From: Bacteriovoracia bacterium
GTDB lineage: Bacteria; Bdellovibrionota; Bacteriovoracia; Bacteriovoracales; Bacteriovoracaceae
DNA: 64,000 bases
NCBI GenBank assembly: GCA_046570105.1
Contig: JBKHVI010000002.1
Span: 1 to 64,000, forward strand
Reading direction: 5' to 3'
This document shows positions 55,280 to 64,000 of the stretch, piece after piece. The first letter of the stretch is position 1, and each line of letters starts with the position of its first letter. The translations under genes and the position numbers were made by a program. Under the pieces are notes generated by a model that saw nothing but the letters and a program-made list of their open reading frames with translations, was not told the origin of the DNA and ran no database searches.

Positions 55280-57963
55280 GCGTTGAGTTTACGAAGCACG
55301 TAATGAAGGATTCCGGAATTCTTATAATACTCAAGTTCATTCGCAGTATCGATACGTGACTGGAATTGTGTTTTCACGACTTCCCCATTAGCACGTTTGA
55401 TCTCTGCTTGAATTTGTGCTTTAGGACCCATATTCGAAATCCCTGTCAGCGTCACCGTTTCAGTACCATCAAGATTAAGGGCCTTGCGATTTTCACCATT
55501 GGTGAAAACCAAGGGGATAACACCCATACCAATCAAGTTTGAGCGATGAATACGTTCAAAACTCTCAGCAATAACTGCTTTGATGCCCAACAGACGAGTT
55601 CCTTTGGCGGCCCAGTCGCGGCTTGAACCAGTACCATATTCTTTACCCGCAAAGATCACGAGCGGAGTGCCCGTTTTTTTGTACTCTTGAGCCGCTTCAT
55701 AAATCGTTGTCTCAGCTCCGGTAGTCACAAGCGTAGTGACGCCTCCTTCTTTGCCAGACTTCACCATTTCGTTTTTCAAACGAATATTTGCAAACGTTCC
55801 ACGAGTCATCACTTCATCATGGCCACGACGAGCACCGTATTGGTTAAAGTCGGCCGGCTTCACTCCGCGCTCAACTAAGTATTTACCGGCCGGAGTTTCT
55901 GGCTTGAAAGATCCTGCCGGAGAAATGTGATCGGTCGTGATCGAATCACCTAACAGTCCCAATACTCTTGCACCAATGATGTCGGTAATTGGCGCTGGAT
56001 TTTTTGTCATGCCCACGAAGTAAGGTGGATTATTAATATAAGTTGATTCTTTATCCCAAGCGAATGTTTCTCCTTCAGGAGCATTGATCTTCTGCCAATG
56101 CACATCGCCTTTAAAGACATCAGAGTAACGAGACTTAAACATGGCAGGAGTAATCGCCTTGCTCATCGCCTCTTGAACTTCGGCAGAAGTCGGCCAGATG
56201 TCTTTCAAGAATACATCTTTACCGTTTTTGTCTTTACCGATGGGGTCTTTGGTCAAATTGAGTTTAGTGTTACCGGCAATCGCGTAGGCGACAACTAGCG
56301 GAGGTGATGCCAAATAGTTGGCCTTGGTATCAGGAGATACACGGCCTTCAAAGTTTCTGTTTCCAGAAATCACTGATGAAGCACAGATGTTGCCATCTTT
56401 AATCGCCTTAGAGAACTGCGGCTTCAATGGACCTGAGTTACCGATACAGCTGGTACAGCCATAGCCCACCAAACTAAAGCCCACTTGATCAAGCTCACTC
56501 TGTAGGCCAGAAGCTTCTAAATAGTCTGTGACGACTTGTGAGCCCGGAGCAAGAGAAGTCTTAACCCATGGCTTGGCCTTTAAACCCAAAGCATTGGCCT
56601 TCTTTGCAACGAGACCCGCTCCAATCATGACTGATGGGTTTGAAGTATTGGTACAAGAAGTAATAGCAGCGATCATGACATCGCCATGAGTGATGGTGAA
56701 TGACTCACCCTCAATGGTCTGTTTTTTATTAATCTCGTCAGCATTCACTTTGAAATCAGCGACAGCTGCTTTCATGAAACCATCAGCGATATCGGTCAGA
56801 GCAACGCGATCTTGTGGACGCTTAGGACCTGCTAGACTTGGCACAACAGAAGAGAGATCAAGTTCGAGAGAGTCAGTAAAGATTGGATCTTTCGAATCGT
56901 TTCTCCAGAAGCCCTGTTCTTTTGCATAGGCTTCAACTAACTGAACGCGGGCCTCATCACGGCCTGTAAAGCGCAAGAACTCGATGGTTTTTTCATCTAC
57001 TGGGAAGAAACCGCAAGTGGCGCCATACTCAGGTGCCATATTGGCAATAGTCGCTCGATCGGCCAATGTCAGATCTTTCAAACCCGGCCCGTAGAATTCT
57101 ACAAACTTATCAACCACACCTTTTTTACGAAGCATGTTGGTGACAGTCAGAACAACATCCGTCGCCGTCACACCCTCTTTGGCTTTTCCTGTCAGCTTAA
57201 AACCTACCACCTCAGGAATGAGCATCGTGACCGCTTGGCCCAACATCGCCGCTTCAGCTTCGATACCACCGACACCCCAACCAAGAACAGAAAGTCCGTT
57301 CACCATGGTGGTGTGAGAGTCAGTTCCTACACAAGTATCGCAGTAAGCGATCTCACGGCCGTCTTCTGTTTTTGTCCAAACAGTTTGAGCGATATATTCT
57401 AAGTTCACTTGGTGACAGATACCTGTACCAGGAGGCACCACACGGAAATTTTTGAAACTCTTTTGGCCCCATTTCAAAAACTTATAGCGCTCGCCATTAC
57501 GCTCATACTCGAGCGCTTTATTTTGTTCGAATGATTCCTTGGTGGCGTAATGATCCACAATAAGAGAGTGGTCGATGACCAGATCTACTGGGACAAGTGG
57601 ATTAATCTTTTGTGGATTTCCGCCCACAATTTTCATGGCATCTCGCATGGCCGCCAAATCGACCACTGCTGGAACTCCCGTAAAGTCTTGCATCAAAACG
57701 CGAGCAGGATAGTAATTAATTTCGCGGGTCGATTTTTTGTCTTTGGTCCATTGGCCCATGGCCTTGATGTCATCAGCAAAAACCGTAAAGTCATCTTCAT
57801 TGCGCAACAGATTTTCCATCAACACTTTGAGCGAGAAAGGAAGATTCTCCACATCACCGACACCGGCCGCTTGGGCCGCTTTAAGCGAGAAGTAATCATA
57901 GCTTTTTCCGCCAACAGTTAATGTCTTGCGGGTCTTAAACGTATCTTTACGAGTTTGTGACAA
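55276..57963 (-). CDS. acnA: Aconitate hydratase A
   Basis: LMQDFTGVP, GTDSHTT, AITSCTNTSNP, GCTSCIGNSG, TTDHISPAG, GSSRDWAAKG; probable TTG start 57963 with GAGG RBS. Confidence 0.98.
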   Translation of the reverse strand: MSQTRKDTFKTRKTLTVGGKSYDYFSLKAAQAAGVGDVENLPFSLKVLMENLLRNEDDFTVFADDIKAMGQWTKDKKSTREINYYPARVLMQDFTGVPAVVDLAAMRDAMKIVGGNPQKINPLVPVDLVIDHSLIVDHYATKESFEQNKALEYERNGERYKFLKWGQKSFKNFRVVPPGTGICHQVNLEYIAQTVWTKTEDGREIAYCDTCVGTDSHTTMVNGLSVLGWGVGGIEAEAAMLGQAVTMLIPEVVGFKLTGKAKEGVTATDVVLTVTNMLRKKGVVDKFVEFYGPGLKDLTLADRATIANMAPEYGATCGFFPVDEKTIEFLRFTGRDEARVQLVEAYAKEQGFWRNDSKDPIFTDSLELDLSSVVPSLAGPKRPQDRVALTDIADGFMKAAVADFKVNADEINKKQTIEGESFTITHGDVMIAAITSCTNTSNPSVMIGAGLVAKKANALGLKAKPWVKTSLAPGSQVVTDYLEASGLQSELDQVGFSLVGYGCTSCIGNSGPLKPQFSKAIKDGNICASSVISGNRNFEGRVSPDTKANYLASPPLVVAYAIAGNTKLNLTKDPIGKDKNGKDVFLKDIWPTSAEVQEAMSKAITPAMFKSRYSDVFKGDVHWQKINAPEGETFAWDKESTYINNPPYFVGMTKNPAPITDIIGARVLGLLGDSITTDHISPAGSFKPETPAGKYLVERGVKPADFNQYGARRGHDEVMTRGTFANIRLKNEMVKSGKEGGVTTLVTTGAETTIYEAAQEYKKTGTPLVIFAGKEYGTGSSRDWAAKGTRLLGIKAVIAESFERIHRSNLIGMGVIPLVFTNGENRKALNLDGTETVTLTGISNMGPKAQIQAEIKRANGEVVKTQFQSRIDTANELEYYKNSGILHYVLRKLNA

Positions 57964-58057
57964 GAGTGGCCTCACTTGATAGATTTTCAGAGGAGATTCT
58001 ATCACTTTCCCACTGAACTCTCAAAGAGATACTCATTATGGCGAGATGCAGAAGAGA

Positions 58058-58609
58058 CTAGCGTACGTAGGCAAATTCGTATTTTGGAAAGAAGTTCTCT
58101 GGGGGGGTCCATAGCCCCGCAGCGGACTTCAACTCAGAGAGAAATTGGATCGTTCTACTGGACTTAAACAAGATTAACTCTCTCAGATCTATTTTAGTCA
58201 CACTATCAAAAGTTATTTCGCCATTGGTCACATTGACCCAACAAATAAAAATGGTCCCGACTCCCACTGAACCTAACATACCATCTGGATCATTCTTTAC
58301 AGTCGCTAATAAGGTCGCGTACTCGTCTCTTTTATCGCTGGAAAACCGAGCGGCTAGCTCATTAAATTCGGAATTATTTTTGTCTTTTCGTAAAAGGATA
58401 TAGCCCTTACTTCCGACAATAAAAATCCCTTCGCCGATACCTGGGGCCCAAGGTAGGCCTCGGCAAGCGGCGGCCGTCTCGCGGGTGCCGCAAAGAGATG
58501 TTTGAGCAAAACCGTCCCTTACTGCTTGTGCATCGAAATCCTCAAGTACTTCCCCACGAGCAGTTAAGCTTAGTGAAAAGACCAAAAGGGCAATGAAATT
58601 CATTCTCAT
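58058..58609 (-). CDS. Secreted hypothetical protein
   Basis: Signal peptide; no recognisable motif. Confidence 0.6.
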   Translation of the reverse strand: MRMNFIALLVFSLSLTARGEVLEDFDAQAVRDGFAQTSLCGTRETAAACRGLPWAPGIGEGIFIVGSKGYILLRKDKNNSEFNELAARFSSDKRDEYATLLATVKNDPDGMLGSVGVGTIFICWVNVTNGEITFDSVTKIDLRELILFKSSRTIQFLSELKSAAGLWTPPENFFPKYEFAYVR

Positions 58610-58685
58610 AATCTCATTATATGTTTAGCACTCAATAAAGAAAAGATGATTCAATTTTCTTCTAATAATTTCCGATATTGGAGGA

Positions 58686-59123
58686 ATGGAAAAACAAACA
58701 CAGCTAACACATGAAAAGCATCTTAACCATCTCGTCAGAGTAGTCCCCCTGCTCTGTCTTGCCTACGGTATGCAAAGCTATATGATGATGAGTTTTGCCA
58801 AAGGTGGCCCGACAGGAACTTTAGTTCTGCTACTAGGACTCTCACTTGCTATGAGCGTGATGGCCTTGGTGACTTATGACAATCATTATGTCGTAAAGTG
58901 GCAGGAAGATTTGTTCTTTGTTAAGACACCCTGGTCTTGGAAAACTCAGCAGTTTAATCGTCAAGACATTCAGTCCATCGAGGTTATTGGTGAGGTTGAT
59001 GAATTTCAAACTGTGATCGTAAAACTACAAAACAAAAAACGTCTCACATTTTATTTTGTCGATAATGGCCATGATTTCAAAAAATCAATGGAGTCCCAGC
59101 AGGAGCTCTCTCGTGCTGCTTAA
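58686..59123 (+). CDS. Two-TM protein with a C-terminal soluble (possibly PH-like) domain
   Basis: GGAGG RBS; two hydrophobic helices followed by a beta-rich tail. Confidence 0.65.
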   Translation: MEKQTQLTHEKHLNHLVRVVPLLCLAYGMQSYMMMSFAKGGPTGTLVLLLGLSLAMSVMALVTYDNHYVVKWQEDLFFVKTPWSWKTQQFNRQDIQSIEVIGEVDEFQTVIVKLQNKKRLTFYFVDNGHDFKKSMESQQELSRAA

Positions 59124-59751
59124 ATTTTTGTTTATTTTTGCTTTGTCGATCAATGCCTTTGCGGAAGGCAAAATTACTTTCTTAAAGGGAAAAGTGACTG
59201 CGCTCACTCTTAAGCAAGGTGTCCATCACAGTAAGCCACTTAAAAAGAATGATCGGATTAAAGCTGGTCATTCCTATCTGACTCATGATCTCTCGCAGGC
59301 CGTAATCAAAATGGAAGATGGAACATGGTTACGCTTAGGTAGTGACACAAAATTTGAAATCAGCGAGAAAAAAGAACACTTCGTTGTCACCATCTTAACT
59401 GGCACTGCTCGTGTGCTTTTTGCGCCGTCATTACAAAAAAAATCAAAATTCAAACGCCTGGTTTTGCAAACACCTGATGCGCATATCGAGACAGCCGAAG
59501 GTAAATTCACCCTCACCTACATGCCTCTATTCCAACACACTTCTGTTTACGTGGAAAAAGGACTTGTGCAACTTTCATCATTGAGTGATCGTATTTTACA
59601 GGTTCCAGAAACCATCCATACTGGCGAATACGCGGAACTGGTAAAAAACGAGGCAAGACCGCGCACCAGTCGCCCCATGAGCGAGCGTGAGCAGACCATG
59701 CTTAAGACCCTGATGTTTTCGCAGCTTAAAGACTCAAAGAACAGTCTCTAA
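59113..59751 (+). CDS. Secreted FecR-domain protein
   Basis: Probable GTG start after AGGAG; signal peptide; MEDGTWLRLGSDT and LQTPDAHI..G.F FecR-like motifs. Confidence 0.8.
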   Translation: MLLKFLFIFALSINAFAEGKITFLKGKVTALTLKQGVHHSKPLKKNDRIKAGHSYLTHDLSQAVIKMEDGTWLRLGSDTKFEISEKKEHFVVTILTGTARVLFAPSLQKKSKFKRLVLQTPDAHIETAEGKFTLTYMPLFQHTSVYVEKGLVQLSSLSDRILQVPETIHTGEYAELVKNEARPRTSRPMSEREQTMLKTLMFSQLKDSKNSL

Positions 59752-59916
59752 ACTGAAATTTATCAGTAAAGTCCGAAGCTCACAATTATCGCTCGTTGCA
59801 ACGTTCTTTTTGAGGACGCCTAGATATATCGGCGTTTGTGTCACTATCATCCTGGCAGAAGTCCCATTTTAAAATCAAACCTATGCGCCAGGATGAGACT
59901 GATAAATTTCAATTTA
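59749..59916. repeat. Nested inverted-repeat element filling the intergenic space (MITE or structured RNA candidate)
   Basis: 19-bp terminal IR with 1 mismatch (59749-59767 / 59898-59916); perfect internal 10-bp IR (59847-59856 / 59887-59896). Confidence 0.6.
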
Positions 59917-59917
59917 T

Positions 59918-61327
59918 CTAAAAATTCAGAGCTCTATTCTCTGTTGCCGCCAGACAAGCTTCTTTAATGGCCTCTGCATAAGTCGGATGCGCATGAGACA
60001 TACGTCCTATGTCTTCCGCACTGGCACGATACTCCATCGCTACCACGGCTTCTGCGATTAAGTCTGCACAACGCGGACCAATCATATGAATGCCCAGGAT
60101 CTCATCGCTGGTTTTATCTGCCAACACTTTTACAAAGCCATCTTTTTCGTCACTGGCGCGCGCGCGACCTAGGGCCATCATGGGAAATTTACCCACTTTG
60201 TAAGCAATATTTTTTGCTTTAAGTTCTTGTTCTGTATGACCAACTCCGGCGACTTCCGGCCAGGTATAAACCACGCCAGGGATTAAGTTATAGTTGATAT
60301 GCGGTTTTTGTCCGGCCAAAATTTCGGCGAGATAAACACCTTCTTCTTCAGCTTTATGTGCCAACATGGCACCACGTACCACATCTCCGATCGCATAAAT
60401 TCCTTGAACGGGAGTCGCTAAATGGTCATCCACCGGAATGCGACCACGCTCATCCTCCTTAAGCCCTGCACTTTCTAAATTCAAATTATCAGTGAAAGGA
60501 CGACGGCCAACTGCGACCAAGACGTAATCACCTTCTAAAGTAATTTCTGCTCCACCCTCTTTGGCTTTTGCTTTCACTATGACTTTGTCTTTTTGACGAT
60601 CAACGCTCGTGACACCATGACCTAAGTGAAATTCAACACCATCGCGCTTTAAAACTTTTTGTAATTCTTTGCCAAGATCAGCATCCATCGCCGCGATGAT
60701 GCGGTCAGCGTATTCCACGACTGACACTTTAGCTCCCAGACGTTTAAAGACTGAACCCATTTCAAGGCCAATCACGCCTCCCCCGATCACGATCATGTGC
60801 TTGGGAACTTCTTGCAGTTTAAGAGCTTCAGTAGAAGTGATGATGCGTTCTTTATCAATCTTCACACCTGGAAGACTTGAGGGCTTTGAGCCAGTCGCTA
60901 TGACAATTTTATTTCCGGTAATCTGTTTTTCACCATCTGATCCGGCGATTTTGACTGTGTTTTTGTTCACAAACGAGCCATGGCCATAATACACAGTGAT
61001 TTTATTTTTTTTCATGAGTCCCGCCACACCGACGGTAATCGCCTTCACCACTTTCTGGACTCGATCGGCCATTTTAGAAACATCGAGGGCAACTTTACCC
61101 ACACCAATACCGTGACTTTCAAAGCTATGAGTGGCTTCGTGAAATTTTTCTGATGAATCTAGCCAGGCCTTGGAGGGAATACAGCCCACATTTAAGCAAG
61201 TGCCGCCCAAAGTGGTGTAGCGCTCGATAATCGCCACTTTCATACCTAGTTGGGCACAACGAATGGCACAGATATATCCACCTGGACCCGAGCCAATAAC
61301 AACAACATCAAAATTTTCCAAGCTCAT
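59918..61327 (-). CDS. lpdA: Dihydrolipoyl dehydrogenase (E3)
   Basis: GSGPGG, GGTCLNVGCIPSK, GGGVIGLE, HAHPTYAE. Confidence 0.98.
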   Translation of the reverse strand: MSLENFDVVVIGSGPGGYICAIRCAQLGMKVAIIERYTTLGGTCLNVGCIPSKAWLDSSEKFHEATHSFESHGIGVGKVALDVSKMADRVQKVVKAITVGVAGLMKKNKITVYYGHGSFVNKNTVKIAGSDGEKQITGNKIVIATGSKPSSLPGVKIDKERIITSTEALKLQEVPKHMIVIGGGVIGLEMGSVFKRLGAKVSVVEYADRIIAAMDADLGKELQKVLKRDGVEFHLGHGVTSVDRQKDKVIVKAKAKEGGAEITLEGDYVLVAVGRRPFTDNLNLESAGLKEDERGRIPVDDHLATPVQGIYAIGDVVRGAMLAHKAEEEGVYLAEILAGQKPHINYNLIPGVVYTWPEVAGVGHTEQELKAKNIAYKVGKFPMMALGRARASDEKDGFVKVLADKTSDEILGIHMIGPRCADLIAEAVVAMEYRASAEDIGRMSHAHPTYAEAIKEACLAATENRALNF

Positions 61328-61332
61328 TCTCC

Positions 61333-62532
61333 CTAGACATCCAGCAACAAGCGCGCCGGATCTTCGATCATTTCTTTAACTGTTTTTAGAAAGCTCACAG
61401 ACTCACGGCCATCGACAATTCTATGATCATAAGAGAGCGCAAGGTACATAATCGGACGGATCACCACTTGGCCATTCACTGCCACGGGACGCTCCACGAT
61501 GTTATGCATACCCAGAATCGCCGATTGCGGAATATTTATAATCGGTGTCGAGAGCATAGAACCAAACACACCACCGTTAGTGATCGTGAATGTGCCGCCT
61601 TGCATTTCATCAATACCGAGTTTCCCATCACGGGCACGTCCGGCGAGTTCAATAATTTTCAATTCAATTTGCGCCAAACTCATCGCCTCAGCATTACGAA
61701 CGACCGGCACCACCAGTCCACGAGGAGTTGAAACCGCCACACCGATATCAGCGTAGTTGTGATAAACGATTTCAGTGCCATCAATCATGGCGTTTACGGC
61801 AGGATAATTTTTTATCGCTTGGCAGACAGCTTTGGTGAAAAGCGACATGAACCCCAGGCCCACACCGTGTTTGTCTTTAAAGGCGTCTTTATATTTTTTT
61901 CGCAAATCCATGATCGCGGACATGTCGACTTCATTAAAAGTTGTCAGCATGGCAGTGGTATTTTTAGCTTCTACCAAACGTTTCGCAATCGTTTTGCGCA
62001 GATTGCTCATCTTCTCGCGTTTGATATCGCGACCGAAACTTCCCTGAATGGTTTCTTTCACTAATTGCGCCATGGCATTGTCTTTAGGAGCAGAAGCCTG
62101 GGCAGTGAGTGCATCACCTTTGGTGATACGGCCATCTTTACCAGAGCCGGCGACAGCAGCAGGATCGACACCTTTCTCAGCGAGGATTTTTGCAGCAGCA
62201 GGAGATGGATAATTTTTATCACCACCTGTAGGAGCAGAAGGTGCTGATGGTTTTTCCGCAACTGGTGCCGGAGTAGCCGTTGCTGATGAGCTTGCAGCGG
62301 CGGTCTCGTCGACTTGCGCGACTTTCGCACCAATCTTAACGGTCTCCCCTTCTTTAACGAGGATTTTTAATTTACCGGCCTTTGGAGCGGCGACTTCCAG
62401 TGTGGCCTTATCCGATTCAATTGAAAGAATCGCTTCATCCATTTTTACAATATCGCCGTCTTTTTTGAGCCAAGCGGCAATCGTTACTTCAGCAATCGAT
62501 TCACCCACAGCAGGAACTACTACATCAATCAT
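61333..62532 (-). CDS. sucB: 2-oxoglutarate dehydrogenase E2 (dihydrolipoyl succinyltransferase)
   Basis: Lipoyl domain [32 protein letters not shown]. Confidence 0.98.
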   Translation of the reverse strand: MIDVVVPAVGESIAEVTIAAWLKKDGDIVKMDEAILSIESDKATLEVAAPKAGKLKILVKEGETVKIGAKVAQVDETAAASSSATATPAPVAEKPSAPSAPTGGDKNYPSPAAAKILAEKGVDPAAVAGSGKDGRITKGDALTAQASAPKDNAMAQLVKETIQGSFGRDIKREKMSNLRKTIAKRLVEAKNTTAMLTTFNEVDMSAIMDLRKKYKDAFKDKHGVGLGFMSLFTKAVCQAIKNYPAVNAMIDGTEIVYHNYADIGVAVSTPRGLVVPVVRNAEAMSLAQIELKIIELAGRARDGKLGIDEMQGGTFTITNGGVFGSMLSTPIINIPQSAILGMHNIVERPVAVNGQVVIRPIMYLALSYDHRIVDGRESVSFLKTVKEMIEDPARLLLDV

Positions 62533-62544
62533 AATTGCTTCCTC

Positions 62545-63999
62545 TTAAACCGACTCAACTTTGCCAGCGGCAAAAGTCAGGTCCATTAATTTTTGTTGCT
62601 CTTGAGCATGCACGCTCGCATAGCCTGTCGCAGGACTGGCCGATGATTTGCGGGCAAGAAGTTTGAAGTCATTGAATTGTTCATAACGACGCAAGAAAGT
62701 AAACGCGCCCATGTTCTTAGGCTCTTCTTGCACCCATACTTTTTCAGCATGAGCATATTTTTTGATGAGAGCGAGGCTTTGCTCTTCTGGCATAGGATAA
62801 AGTTGCTCAAGACGCACAATCGCCACATCTTTACGGTTATCTTTTTTCTGGCGGGCCTTAAGATCGTAATACACTTTACCTGTACACATCACCAAGCGAG
62901 TGACCTCTTTGGCGCTGACATCAGCATCATCAATAATTTCTTGAAAATTCCCGTCCGTAAAATCTTTCATCGAAGAGACACAATCAGGATGGCGCAGCAG
63001 TGACTTTGGCGAGAAGATAATCAACGGTTTTCTGAATTCCCATTTCACCTGGCGGCGAAGAGCATGGAAAATATTTGCTGGTGTCGTAAGATTCGCCACC
63101 ACCATATTCCACTCGGCCGCTAATTGTAAAAAGCGCTCCGGGCGTGCGTTGGAGTGCTCAGGGCCTTGTCCCTCATAACCATGAGGCAACAAAAGAGTCA
63201 CACCTGATTGGCGCTGCCACTTCGACTCTCCAGAACATATGAATTGATCAATAATGGTTTGCGCACCATTGGCAAAATCACCAAACTGCGCTTCCCAAAT
63301 ATTCAGACTCGATGGCGCTCCTAAGGAGTAACCATACTCGAAACCTAATACCGCATATTCTGAAAGCAGAGAGTTGTAGATGCGGTACTTGCCTTGCTTA
63401 GGAGCAAAGTTTTGCAAAAAGACATGACGTGAATTGGAATCCTCATCCACCACTCCCGCATGACGATGCGAGAACGTTCCGCGGATACAATCTTGACCTG
63501 ACATCCGTACGTTCACACCTTCTAAAAGCAGAGACCCATAGGCCATATGCTCGGCCATCGCCCAATCCAGCTGATTGTCAGCAAAACGTTTTTTGCGCTC
63601 TTCGATGAGTTTTAAAATTTTATCGATCGGTTTAAAACCAGCTGGCAAAGTGGTAATGCCTGCGAGCGTTTTCTCGAGGGCCTCTTTGGTGACTGCCGTT
63701 TTTGGTGAGTAATCAAAGTCTTTGGGAGTTGAACGACGGAACGCTTTCCACTCTTCTTCAGGTTTTTGATAAAGATAGGGCAATGGCTTTTGTTTCACTT
63801 GATTGAAGCGATCCTGGAGAAGATTTTTAAACTCTTCTTCCATCTGTACCGCCAACTGCGCTTCAATCTGGCGGCCTTCAATCAACTTATCTTTGTAGAC
63901 TTCGCGTGGATTGGCATGTTTGCCGATAAGTTTATACAACGAAGGCTGTGTGAATTTTGGTTCGTCTGATTCATTGTGACCGTGTTTACGATAACAAAC
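62545..63999 (-). CDS. sucA: 2-oxoglutarate dehydrogenase E1, 5'-truncated by the window edge
   Basis: CYRKHGHNESDEP, RGTFSHRH, WEAQFGDF, LPHGYEGQGPEHS, WVQEEPKNMG; frame is open to the window end. Confidence 0.98.
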   Translation of the reverse strand, partial: VCYRKHGHNESDEPKFTQPSLYKLIGKHANPREVYKDKLIEGRQIEAQLAVQMEEEFKNLLQDRFNQVKQKPLPYLYQKPEEEWKAFRRSTPKDFDYSPKTAVTKEALEKTLAGITTLPAGFKPIDKILKLIEERKKRFADNQLDWAMAEHMAYGSLLLEGVNVRMSGQDCIRGTFSHRHAGVVDEDSNSRHVFLQNFAPKQGKYRIYNSLLSEYAVLGFEYGYSLGAPSSLNIWEAQFGDFANGAQTIIDQFICSGESKWQRQSGVTLLLPHGYEGQGPEHSNARPERFLQLAAEWNMVVANLTTPANIFHALRRQVKWEFRKPLIIFSPKSLLRHPDCVSSMKDFTDGNFQEIIDDADVSAKEVTRLVMCTGKVYYDLKARQKKDNRKDVAIVRLEQLYPMPEEQSLALIKKYAHAEKVWVQEEPKNMGAFTFLRRYEQFNDFKLLARKSSASPATGYASVHAQEQQKLMDLTFAAGKVESV

Positions 64000-64000
64000 C

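Noticed and set aside
478..63969. Many 60-130 aa alternative-frame or antisense ORFs in the track (e.g. 498-839, 10984-11376, 18423-18785, 57550-57921)
   Set aside because: They are shadows of well-supported genes, with no motifs or RBS support.
1..64000. tRNA, rRNA, CRISPR array, prophage or defence island
   Set aside because: No cloverleaf or rRNA signatures, regularly spaced repeats, or phage/defence genes were seen; intergenic spaces are mostly too short.

Overview
A gene-dense 64-kb bacterial chromosomal segment with moderate GC. Gene content suggests a predatory Bdellovibrionota, probably Bacteriovoracia-like (inference from a Bd0055-type histone, Cys-rich minor pilins, a secreted FecR-domain protein and many secreted orphans). 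Housekeeping genes: argS, an Rrf2-sufBCDS-nfu operon, hemF, ggt, an MltD-like transglycosylase, a pyrC-like gene, acnA and sucA(partial)-sucB-lpdA. No rRNA, tRNA or CRISPR array was seen. Two features stand out. (1) A two-armed lipid/hydrocarbon cluster (16.7-20.1 kb on +, 25.3-32.7 kb on -) holds a FabF/ACP/FabG/FabZ/FabI set, two paralogous CrtI-like flavoproteins, oleABCD and a membrane desaturase, with no pfa PUFA synthase in the window. (2) Divergent from it lies a 132-aa tandem doublet of two Bd0055/HBb-type bacterial histone folds. Other notable items: a kexin-like S8 lipoprotein with no apparent propeptide next to a candidate trans-acting chaperone; a split, active-site-altered spermidine-synthase-like pair; a secreted caspase-fold protein; a RAYT-like HUH transposase; and a 168-bp TA-flanked inverted-repeat element (MITE or structured RNA candidate). 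All protein calls come from motif recognition by eye; no database searches were run.
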